A stretch of 64,000 bases of DNA from a virus, in IMG/VR virus record IMGVR_UViG_3300032242_002232, positions 35,214 to 99,213 of that record; one strand, 5' to 3'. Positions 1 through 7,664 of this stretch are shown piece after piece. How positions within the stretch are numbered: the stretch's first letter is position 1; each line of letters opens with the position of its first letter. The position numbers and the translations under genes were made by a program. A model generated the notes under the pieces. That model made no database searches. It was not told the origin of the DNA and saw only the letters and a list, made by a program, of their open reading frames with translations.

Positions 1-23
1 TTCTCATCTACTTGATAAGCCAT
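1..23 (-). CDS. 5' end of a gene running off the window (MAYQVDE...), possibly the VWA partner of the AAA ATPase
   Basis: ATG at 23 preceded by AGAAAAGGA RBS directly after the ATPase stop; VWA identity is inferred only from typical MoxR/VWA pairing. Confidence 0.5.
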
Positions 24-37
24 AATCTATTCCTTTT

Positions 38-1432
38 CTACTTACTTGTCTTTAGCCAAGCATCGACTTCTTCACCGATGTTTGATGCTTCAGGTTTCTG
101 TTCTTCTGTCTCAACGAGACCGAAGTCCTCCTTGATGTTGAACTCATGGGTCATCATGACAAGAGCAACTTTTTCTTGCTCTTCTTTATCAAAGTGTGCT
201 ACGAAATTAGCAATTGCAAACTCATAGTTGAACTTGATAAACTTTTCCAACTCCATGAACATGTTGGTTGATACTGGAGTCTCAAGGTCACCCTTGGAAG
301 CCTCAGCACGAAGCTGCTTCGCAATAACGAGAAGCGACTTGTGTGTGATGAGCTTAGACTCTACGTCATCATCGTAATCCCACGGGACCTGCAACTCAAA
401 GCGATTACGCATCGCAAAGTTGAGTGGCGTTGTACCGGTGTAATCAGGATTCATAGTTGCAAAGATTGCAAGGTCTGGGTGTGCCTGAATGGTCTCACCA
501 TGATGATCGAGCAGGATCAAGCAGCGTCGTCCATCAAGAAGTGAATACAGAATTGTGTAGATTTTTGGCGAGATAAAGTTGAGCTCGTCAAGAATAAGAG
601 TACCGCCGTTACGTACAACGTCAGTTACTGGACCGTCAATCCACTCGAACCCACCGCTTCCATCTGGTACATATTTACCGATGAGTTGGCTAGGTTCTAG
701 AGCAGCATTGCCAGATACAGCAGCTAGACGACGTTTACGTGAGGCAGACCATGCAACAATAGACGTAGTCTTACCAGGGCCGGTAGGGCCGTAGATAAGC
801 GTGGTCAATCCATTATCTAACGCGTAATCAAATAGGTCAAAGTCAAGAATGTCACCCGTAAGTTTACGGTTGACGTACTTGTTGGCTTGTTCGATTGGGG
901 GAATCGTAGCTAATGCAATCCGAAGTTTTGAGGTTGAGACAAGCTCTGTCTCTTCGACCTCAGGGGCTGCGGATGTTTGTGTTGGCATGAATTGCGCTTC
1001 TTCTTGTGAGTCTCGTTCACGACGTAGGTCGTTAACATACTCAGTCAATGAAGGATCCACTACATTCACTCTGTTGTATAGCGCAGTGATGCGGCTTGGT
1101 ACTGAACCAAACTCTTCATCTTTATCTGCTTTAGCATACGCTGCCATTGCTTTAGTAGACAACACAGGAGACCAACCGGTCTGTGATATTGCCTGCTCAT
1201 CAGCAAGAGTAACTGTTATGCCAACAGGTGTAGTAGTGATGTATTCATTGCTTGAGATACTCGCAAGCAACTCAGGTAATGATGTGATGTCCCAACGATT
1301 TGATTTGCCAGGACCACCATCAGTGAGTCTTGAATAGACCTTTGTCTCATCGTTATGAGGTACGAAAAGTATTTGACGCTTCTCGTCTCCCATCGATGGT
1401 TCATAAGTCTCTACGAACATCGCTATATTCAT
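38..1432 (-). CDS. MoxR/CbbQ/CobS-type AAA+ ATPase
   Basis: Walker A GPTGPGKT, Walker B LILDELN, 'WIDGPVTDVVRNG', 'FATMNPDY.GT..LN.A..NRF'. Confidence 0.9.
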   Translation of the reverse strand: MNIAMFVETYEPSMGDEKRQILFVPHNDETKVYSRLTDGGPGKSNRWDITSLPELLASISSNEYITTTPVGITVTLADEQAISQTGWSPVLSTKAMAAYAKADKDEEFGSVPSRITALYNRVNVVDPSLTEYVNDLRRERDSQEEAQFMPTQTSAAPEVEETELVSTSKLRIALATIPPIEQANKYVNRKLTGDILDFDLFDYALDNGLTTLIYGPTGPGKTTSIVAWSASRKRRLAAVSGNAALEPSQLIGKYVPDGSGGFEWIDGPVTDVVRNGGTLILDELNFISPKIYTILYSLLDGRRCLILLDHHGETIQAHPDLAIFATMNPDYTGTTPLNFAMRNRFELQVPWDYDDDVESKLITHKSLLVIAKQLRAEASKGDLETPVSTNMFMELEKFIKFNYEFAIANFVAHFDKEEQEKVALVMMTHEFNIKEDFGLVETEEQKPEASNIGEEVDAWLKTSK

Positions 1433-1452
1433 ATTGCCTTTCCCTTCTCACT

Positions 1453-1710
1453 GGAGAACCCCGATGGTTCTCTCAGCTAGTGTGCTATCAGGATTCGAAC
1501 CTGATTACTGCACCACGCTAGCACTGAGAAAAGAGTAAGGACCGGCGCCGATATCAGACACGCCGGTCCTTACACCTATTTACTGCTTACTCAATGAAGA
1601 GGATACTTAGTTGGCATAGAAGACCCGATACTCCACGCTATAGACTAAACCGCGATGACCGATATACAGACGTCAATCGTTGAATAGCTGCTATGACTGA
1701 TACTCTCTTC
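1453..1710 (-). ncRNA. Structured leader/ncRNA region including a T-loop-capped long hairpin
   Basis: Hairpins at 1453-1473, 1471-1529 (TCAGG-TTCGAAT-CCTGA apex on minus), a perfect 13-bp IR at 1535-1573, and an imperfect stem at 1596-1710. Confidence 0.55.
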
Positions 1711-1734
1711 CGACCCTGTTTTCCAATAAAGAGC

Positions 1735-2397
1735 CTAGCCCTCAATAGGTTCTTCCTGTGACATCTCACCAGTTACGATATTGAGCCGTAATGGTTTGGT
1801 GATGTCCCACTCCGATAGGATGAACTTACCACCCCATGGAACTTTACCTTTCCCACCACATCTATGACAGTCTGCCTGTTCACGATGCGGGACATTTCTT
1901 GTTTCTCCTTGTTTAGTACAGTTAAGATTGATATGGAATGTTTTATTACGACTGTCAGTGACTGGTCGCCACCCATCTTGTCCTGTACACAAGAACGTGT
2001 GTCTCTTTTGTCCACTGCAATTGCCACAGCGTCTCTCTTTCAAAGGAGTTTTAGCTGAAGCAGCGGTAGATATCAACAGCTTTTGTTTACGATAGATTAG
2101 ATCATTTAAGTTAGCGTAGTTAGCAACTGCCCTACGCCACGATGCTCTCATGAACATAGTTACCGGAGGAATGACAACCATTCCATTTGGTTCGTAGATA
2201 ACAAGCGGGTTATCTTTTGACCAATAAGGTGCAATAGATACCTGATCATTCTCTAGTCTAAATGCGTAAAGGCTACGCTCATACAATGGGCGCTTGCCTT
2301 CTGGATCTTTACCTTCTTCGATATGTTTAATGGCTGAGTCATAGTCATACACTCTCAGCCATTGATTATGGGGAAGAAGTTGAGCTTTGTCTACCAC
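1735..2397 (-). CDS. Hypothetical protein with DnaJ-like CxxCxG zinc-finger motifs
   Basis: CGNCSG and CHRCGGKG; GTG start with AGAAGGGA RBS. Confidence 0.65.
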   Translation of the reverse strand: MVDKAQLLPHNQWLRVYDYDSAIKHIEEGKDPEGKRPLYERSLYAFRLENDQVSIAPYWSKDNPLVIYEPNGMVVIPPVTMFMRASWRRAVANYANLNDLIYRKQKLLISTAASAKTPLKERRCGNCSGQKRHTFLCTGQDGWRPVTDSRNKTFHINLNCTKQGETRNVPHREQADCHRCGGKGKVPWGGKFILSEWDITKPLRLNIVTGEMSQEEPIEG

Positions 2398-2686
2398 GTA
2401 TATATTCCCTTCTCTCGTCTTCTGTTAAACCACCCCACATGCCGTGGGATTGGTTGGTTCTTATTGAGAAGTCAAAGCATTCCTTTGTTACAGAGCAGGC
2501 ATTGCAGATAGCTCTAGCTTTTGCTATTCTATCGGCTTTATCCCCACCCCTTTCTTGGTCTTCATAGAAGAACACGTCCGAATCAACTTCCCTACACAAC
2601 CCGCGTTGTTGCCAATCCCATTGGTTCGGTCTTGGGTCTAACGGCATTGTGTTAGAAGGATATGACTCATACTTTTTCCTAGACAT
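2366..2686 (-). CDS. whiB: WhiB-family Fe-S transcription factor
   Basis: WQQRGLC...FF...AICNACSVTKEC...HGMWGGLTEDER: four conserved Cys plus G(V/M)WGG motif. Confidence 0.95.
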   Translation of the reverse strand: MSRKKYESYPSNTMPLDPRPNQWDWQQRGLCREVDSDVFFYEDQERGGDKADRIAKARAICNACSVTKECFDFSIRTNQSHGMWGGLTEDERREYIRGRQSSTSSP

Positions 2687-2688
2687 AA

Positions 2689-3090
2689 TTACATCATGTC
2701 TAAGATTTGTTTAGTGATACTGATCTCTTCCTCAGTAGATAGACGAAGAGTAGTCAATAGCTTTTCTCTATGTCCATTGATATGTCCATAACCATATCCA
2801 TTTGTATATAGGTTATTAGACCAATCAGCGGAACGGCTTAGTTGTGGCATTGAAGGTAGGCTTACAGTCTTATCAAAAGTAATGCTTATTCCTTTACCAT
2901 AATTAAGTGTATCAATCTCACACTTGCCTTCTTTTAAAAGCTCAGCAATAGCATTAACATACTTTGTCTTTTCAGCTTCGTATGTATCTCTTGCTGTTTT
3001 AGCTTTTGCTTTAGCTTCAGCTATGCGTACAGCCTCTGCTTCTTGTTTAGTTTCAAGTTCTTTAATGAACTCTAGTCTATTCAGCTTCAT
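2689..3090 (-). CDS. Hypothetical protein with N-terminal coiled coil
   Basis: 133 aa ORF with AGAAGGGA RBS, abutting whiB. Confidence 0.75.
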   Translation of the reverse strand: MKLNRLEFIKELETKQEAEAVRIAEAKAKAKTARDTYEAEKTKYVNAIAELLKEGKCEIDTLNYGKGISITFDKTVSLPSMPQLSRSADWSNNLYTNGYGYGHINGHREKLLTTLRLSTEEEISITKQILDMM

Positions 3091-3114
3091 GCTTTTCCCT
3101 TCTGATATGAGTAA

Positions 3115-3180
3115 TGAGCCTTTTTACCTTAGGTCATGCTCAGGACCAAGTAGCAGTTTTAGTTATCATGCTCAGGATAA
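3115..3180 (-). ncRNA. Tandem small H-type pseudoknot motif (stem-CTGAGCAT-stem...A-rich linker...GCT)
   Basis: TTATC-CTGAGCAT-GATAA-CTAAAAC-TGCT and GGTC-CTGAGCAT-GACC-TAAGGTAAAAAG-GCTCA: identical loop, different but paired stems. Confidence 0.65.
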
Positions 3181-3243
3181 TTGGTGTAGCGGAAGCGGAG
3201 ATTTCGACACGCAGTGTCTCCCAATCCAAGTCGCGTACCAATA

Positions 3244-3411
3244 CTATGAAAGAGAGATAGGTTCGCTATCCTCTTTACGGTTAGCTCGAAGAGTATCGAG
3301 CTTTGCATTAAGTGCTTCAAGATCTTTTGTCATTGCATCAAGCTCACGCTCAATAGACTCAAGATATTTGTTGATGTTCTTCATGAACTCATTCAGTTCT
3401 TCAGGGGACAT
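3244..3411 (-). CDS. Small coiled-coil protein (55 aa, MSPEELNEF...)
   Basis: GAGGT RBS; heptad pattern. Confidence 0.7.
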   Translation of the reverse strand: MSPEELNEFMKNINKYLESIERELDAMTKDLEALNAKLDTLRANRKEDSEPISLS

Positions 3412-3413
3412 AA

Positions 3414-3518
3414 CTACCTCTTTCTCCTGTTGATGATTGATGTGAGCACGATAGTAATGCTTAGCATTACCATAATGCAAACGATTGAGTTCTCAGATAT
3501 ATCAAACGATACTGACAT
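3414..3518 (-). CDS. Small membrane protein (34 aa)
   Basis: MSVSFDISENSIVCIMVMLSITIVLTSIINRRKR; AGAAGGGA RBS; hydrophobic helix followed by basic tail. Confidence 0.55.
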   Translation of the reverse strand: MSVSFDISENSIVCIMVMLSITIVLTSIINRRKR

Positions 3519-3541
3519 ATTGATCCCTTCTATCTACCACG

Positions 3542-3953
3542 ATGGCAGATAAGTACACCAACCTGATATCCCGAATCTATTGTCCAGACACGAGTTTTTT
3601 ACGGACTCATTGTTTTGACTTCTACTTCGTTAGTAGAGACGCGTTTCGGCTACGCCTAACGCCTTCAATGCGTGTCCTCAAGCTGATCAATGCTAGATTA
3701 CAAGGTCTTTTTCCAACATAGAGTTATAGTCAGTTGTGCGCCTATGCCGGGGAAAACGGCGATGTTCAACCAGGTTGATGTACTTACCTGCCATAATAAT
3801 GAGGAGCAAGGCTATGGAAAAGGGAGGAACGTCACCAGCAGCTCCTCTAGCTTTTATTGCACATTCCTTCGAGTTCCGCTGGTCTACCAATATGTGGCTG
3901 GATATATCGGGGAATATAGAACCACCTAGCATCCTAGTCATAGCCTTGCTCCT
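3542..3953 (-). ncRNA. Large two-domain structured ncRNA of unknown family
   Basis: 24-bp closing stem 3542-3565/3771-3794 (both mismatches are G-U on minus), perfect 15-bp stem 3802-3816/3939-3953, many nested helices. Confidence 0.75.
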
Positions 3954-4081
3954 GCCCTACATTCTGTCTGACGGGACAGAACCCTATTTGTGCTCTCTCA
4001 TATGATTCATGAGAGTCATGTATGCAAATGAAGATCTAACCTCAATTTGTTTTTTACATACTTCACATATAACTATTTTGC

Positions 4082-4345
4082 TCAAGACAAGAGCCGTTTC
4101 TTGAAGTCTAATGACGCCTCTTCGATTGTCTCAAAATAGTGACCCCAATAACAGCGACCACTTTCATGATGATAAATCCATGTAACAAATGGGTGATAGG
4201 TGCTGGCAGGAGCATGACATAGGATTACATCACACTCGATATCAGCACTAACCTTGTTTGCAAGAATAGTGGCGCCTGTAGAGACACCACCATCTCCCTG
4301 TAATACTGTGCCTACCTGAATGGTAGATACTATAGGCCGGCTCAT
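4082..4345 (-). CDS. Hypothetical phage protein
   Basis: 'PFVTW...YWGHYF...A..DF..R' pattern; ATGA-coupled to the upstream gene. Confidence 0.75.
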   Translation of the reverse strand: MSRPIVSTIQVGTVLQGDGGVSTGATILANKVSADIECDVILCHAPASTYHPFVTWIYHHESGRCYWGHYFETIEEASLDFKKRLLS

Positions 4346-4971
4346 ATTGCCTCAATCTCTGCTTTAGCAGCATCAAGTGCTTCTTGCTGTAATGCTAGTT
4401 CAGCAAGCTTGGCTTCTTTGAGCTTTACCTTAGCTGTGCTTAGATAAGACACCAACTCTTCAGCCTCTTGTAGACTGATAGTAATTGTCTTACCTTTCGT
4501 AACTTCAATCTTGTTAGAGTGTGGGTTGATCTCATAACTGAGAGCACTGTCACAATAACAATATGATGAACGACATTTGCACATAGGTTTATCCTCCTCT
4601 TCCTTTTCTTGATTATAGAATTGGGGCTTCTTATCACCCTCTTCTATTAGCCTGATATTACTAAGCCACATAGTTCTACGAACTACGTTGGCACCTTCTT
4701 CATTAGAGCCATAAGACCAGTAGCGGTCGTACATACCAGATTTGTTTGTATATCGGCTGGGCATTTCCATCAGCACAGCGACATCACGATTTCTAGCACC
4801 TACGGCTACTACCTTCCATTTATGTGTTGCGTACCTATCACGATTAGAGGTGACAGTATCGCCGGGGAATATTTTTGATATACCCCAGTAGTAATACCGA
4901 TTCTCTTCTAACTCAGGATAGTCTTTACGAAACCGCTCTAATGTCATAGCATTTGGTAATACTCGACCCAT
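4342..4971 (-). CDS. Hypothetical protein
   Basis: 209 aa ORF, AAGGAG RBS, Cys cluster CKCRSSYCYC, C-terminal coiled coil. Confidence 0.75.
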   Translation of the reverse strand: MGRVLPNAMTLERFRKDYPELEENRYYYWGISKIFPGDTVTSNRDRYATHKWKVVAVGARNRDVAVLMEMPSRYTNKSGMYDRYWSYGSNEEGANVVRRTMWLSNIRLIEEGDKKPQFYNQEKEEEDKPMCKCRSSYCYCDSALSYEINPHSNKIEVTKGKTITISLQEAEELVSYLSTAKVKLKEAKLAELALQQEALDAAKAEIEAI

Positions 4972-4985
4972 TAGAGTCTCCTTTA

Positions 4986-5102
4986 CTAGTCGTTACACGT
5001 CTTATTGTGTAACCTATAAAACAGCGAGTCAACTACTGGAATTTTCCACCAAATTGACCACCATTTATTGTGGTTGTACATACTGCAGATGAGACTGCTC
5101 AT
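4986..5102 (-). CDS. Small Trp-rich hypothetical protein (38 aa)
   Basis: AAGGAGG RBS; MSSLICSMYNHNKWWSIWWKIPVVDSLFYRLHNKTCND. Confidence 0.55.
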   Translation of the reverse strand: MSSLICSMYNHNKWWSIWWKIPVVDSLFYRLHNKTCND

Positions 5103-5112
5103 GCACCCTCCT

Positions 5113-5256
5113 TTACTTGCAATTAGAGCAATAGTTCATAACTCTTACTTCAGACGGGGCAACAGAATAGACGCGGGAACAATGAGAGCAGGTAACCTGT
5201 GTCATTGGAGTCTTAGTCTTAGGTGTAAACCCCACCTTGATAGATATATGGAACAT
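5113..5256 (-). CDS. Small zinc-ribbon protein
   Basis: GGAGG RBS; CSHC...CSNC. Confidence 0.6.
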   Translation of the reverse strand: MFHISIKVGFTPKTKTPMTQVTCSHCSRVYSVAPSEVRVMNYCSNCK

Positions 5257-5432
5257 AATGCCTCCTTCCACTCCCATAAGGAGTGGGGGATACACAAGGA
5301 AGAATACCTACACACTCATCAAAGAGTCTCAGTAGTAAGTCTTATGTATCCTCCACCTCATACGGAACAGCAGCGCAGCCTTTCGCGGGGAAAATAGGGG
5401 CGAGAGGGCGAACTCATAGTTAAAATGGCAAT

Positions 5433-5479
5433 AAAAAAAGCCCCAGTCATATAGCAATTACACTATACAACTGGGGCTT
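5433..5479 (-). terminator. Rho-independent terminator
   Basis: AAGCCCCAGT...ACTGGGGCTT hairpin running into a T-tract on minus. Confidence 0.75.
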
Positions 5480-5503
5480 ACGTAAAAAAAGGGCGGGGGG
5501 AAA

Positions 5504-5659
5504 CTAATCTATGGGACTATCATCTATAGAGAGAGCATAAGACTCATCTGCTACACCAGCCTCATAGCCATCCCACCATGCTGTCCTGTATGTAAAGAAC
5601 CATACAAGGAAGCCTATAACTAGATCAATCAAGAGATTGAATCCATTGTAGAACATCAT
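5504..5659 (-). CDS. Small membrane protein
   Basis: GGAGG RBS; TM helix then 'WWDGYEAG'. Confidence 0.6.
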   Translation of the reverse strand: MMFYNGFNLLIDLVIGFLVWFFTYRTAWWDGYEAGVADESYALSIDDSPID

Positions 5660-5786
5660 ACCTAACCTCCTAACTAAGAGAAGGAGGCAAGGCATAGAGG
5701 CAGAGCACACTTAGTGATTTAAGCTAATAGCACCTCTACACCTGCCAACCATCTTTTCACCCTCTGAGATAGAGAGTCATAAGCCA

Positions 5787-5802
5787 TGTTTCACGTGGAA
5801 CA
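5787..5802. promoter_or_regulatory. parS-like ParB-binding palindrome
   Basis: TGTTTCACGTGGAACA, the reverse complement of canonical chromosomal parS TGTTCCACGTGAAACA; intergenic. Confidence 0.75.
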
Positions 5803-5829
5803 TAGCCTATGGCAAACTACCTGATAAGA

Positions 5830-5883
5830 GCAGTCCGCCCCCTCTCCAGAGCTGGTTATATAGATGGAGAGAGGGCAGACCGC
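5830..5883 (-). terminator. 19-bp RNA hairpin downstream of the 5912-6466 gene
   Basis: All three non-Watson-Crick positions are G-U on minus; no long U tract. Confidence 0.55.
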
Positions 5884-5911
5884 TTGAGCAGTGGCTTTTA
5901 TTTCCTGCCGA

Positions 5912-6466
5912 TTAGATAATGGCGCTAATCAACGCTTGGACTGCACGGAGTTGAGCCTTCTCAACATCCGAGATGTCCTGACCTAGAATTGCCTCAAGTG
6001 ATGACTTGAAAGCGGGTGTTGTCTCTCCAAGAGAAGCCTTAGAAGCCTTGAGAGCCTCTGACTGAGCCTTCTTAGCAAGAGCAACCTCAGCAGCGCGTGA
6101 GGCTAGAACCTCTGCTGCATCAGCCTTACCGAGTTGAGCCTTGATTTCCTCCCAATGAATTGAGGTGAAAGCGGCAACAACATCAGCGTCAATGCCCTGA
6201 GCAATAAGAGCACCGAGATAGACAGGTCGTTGGAAGCCATTGGTGAGGAACTTCTTATCAACAGACTCAGCGTCTGTCTTGTCCCCACGATTAGTCATGG
6301 CTTCAACTACCTGAACACGGACATCGCTCAGGATAGAGTCGGGTGTATCCCCACCCATAATGGCGTCCGCAACTGCACGGCGAACCTCAGGGGCAGAGAG
6401 ATTAGCATTACCAGCGTCAAAGACGCGGGTTGCTACTGATACACGGGTATCTGTCATTGTAGACAT
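5912..6466 (-). CDS. Hypothetical protein (first gene of the leftward arm)
   Basis: Start MSTMTDTRV after GAAGG RBS; Ala-rich helical C-terminus. Confidence 0.75.
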   Translation of the reverse strand: MSTMTDTRVSVATRVFDAGNANLSAPEVRRAVADAIMGGDTPDSILSDVRVQVVEAMTNRGDKTDAESVDKKFLTNGFQRPVYLGALIAQGIDADVVAAFTSIHWEEIKAQLGKADAAEVLASRAAEVALAKKAQSEALKASKASLGETTPAFKSSLEAILGQDISDVEKAQLRAVQALISAII

Positions 6467-6974
6467 AGTATTACCTTCTAGGAGTAGGGGTATCCATACA
6501 CGGTGTATGCGATAGAGCCTACGCCCGTGTGCTGTGTGGAATCGAACAGGTAAAGGGAATACCCCCCATAAGGGCACATGGCTAGTCACCAGACCAGCAC
6601 GAAGGCAGGATAGAACGCGAGCACACTTGGTAATTTATGGAATAAAAAAACCACAGCGATAACGATTGCCAGAAAATAGGCATAGTTATCCTGTGGAGTG
6701 TGCGGGCTACATCATCAACCGCGTTCACATATATTCTATTCTTGTTACCATCTTGTCTTTTATGCCCCCTATGGGTTAAATGTGACTTATGTAACTTATC
6801 GCCAGGTGAGACAGGCAACCATGACTATGATTTGTGGGGCAGTGGCCTAAAAATTTTCAAGGTCGGGGGAATTTCAGGCAGTGGCTAGGAATAAATTCGC
6901 TGGGGAAGGTGTTATTGTTAGCTGTCCTGCCCGATCGGGGGGATAAAACAACTTCTCGTCTAAGGAGAGAAAGA

Positions 6975-7406
6975 ATGCATACTCATGTCTACACACCAAC
7001 ACCTAATCTCAACTCTATTTATCCTGGGATCAATCGCTGGGCTATTGGATTTGATCCTCTATTTCAAACGCTGGGGCAAATTTCTCAAGCTAAAGATACG
7101 TATCCGCCATATAACGTCCGTAAAGACGGGGAAAACTACATCCTAGAGATGGCTGTGGCCGGTTTTGCCAAGGATGAGCTATCAGTTACAGTCAAGGAGC
7201 AGACTCTTACTGTCAAAGGCTCTAAGGAGGACTCAGAGGCTGAATACCTACATCAGGGAATCAGTGCTCGTGACTTCTATCGTGACTTTGCTTTGGCTGA
7301 ATACGTCTCTGTCAAGTCAGCAAAGATAGTTGACGGGCTGCTGACAATCGTTCTTCTTCAAGAGTTGCCAGAGGAGAAGAAGGAAAAGATCATCACTATC
7401 AAGTGA
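6975..7406 (+). CDS. hsp20: Small heat-shock protein (Hsp20/IbpA family)
   Basis: AAGGAG RBS; 'IGFD.LF', 'YPPYNV', 'LEMAVAGF', 'YLHQGISARDF', 'DGLL'. Confidence 0.95.
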   Translation: MHTHVYTPTPNLNSIYPGINRWAIGFDPLFQTLGQISQAKDTYPPYNVRKDGENYILEMAVAGFAKDELSVTVKEQTLTVKGSKEDSEAEYLHQGISARDFYRDFALAEYVSVKSAKIVDGLLTIVLLQELPEEKKEKIITIK

Positions 7407-7418
7407 TATGCTTCGGTA

Positions 7419-7544
7419 ATGACTGAACTTACTAATGTAGAGGGCACTATCAAGGTTTGCAGGGTCTGTAGCCCAACAGCTAAGACGCCTTGTCAGCTAG
7501 CGGCCACAATTTGTCCGTATAGAGACATTAATACTCTAGCTTAA
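7419..7544 (+). CDS. Small Cys-containing protein (41 aa)
   Basis: MTELTNVEGTIKVCRVCSPTAKTPCQLAATICPYRDINTLA; weak RBS. Confidence 0.4.
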   Translation: MTELTNVEGTIKVCRVCSPTAKTPCQLAATICPYRDINTLA

Positions 7545-7554
7545 GTCATTACCT

Positions 7555-7625
7555 TCCCAGATCGTCTAATGGCAGGACGGGTGCCTCTGGAGCATCTAAT
7601 CGTGGTTCGAGTCCATGTCTGGGAG
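7555..7625 (+). tRNA. tRNA-Gln (anticodon CTG)
   Basis: Acceptor TCCCAGA/TCTGGGA, D arm GTCT/GGAC, anticodon arm GGTGC-CTCTGGA-GCATC, T arm CGTGG-TTCGAGT-CCATG; CCA not encoded. Confidence 0.92.
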
Positions 7626-7664
7626 CAAGTTGCGATACAAAATAGTTAATGTTAGGATTTCTTC

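Noticed and set aside
849-1337. Long antisense ORFs (also 2924-3433, 37335-37829, 49689-50405 and others)
   Set aside because: Shadow ORFs opposite well-supported genes, with no RBS or motifs
1471-1529. Functional tRNA gene
   Set aside because: No anticodon arm and no proper D arm; reported as a tRNA-like element instead
3182-3240. Segment bounded by TGGT...ACCA that could be a tRNA
   Set aside because: No TTCGA loop in a 5-bp T stem and no cloverleaf; only an irregular hairpin
3638-3668. Hammerhead-like TTGAAGGC...GCCGAAACGCGTC on minus
   Set aside because: Core is not CUGANGA (A9 missing) and no stem I forms across the cleavage site; treated as part of the larger ncRNA
6538-6547. GTTCGATTCC T-loop-like sequence on minus
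   Set aside because: No supporting T stem or acceptor stem
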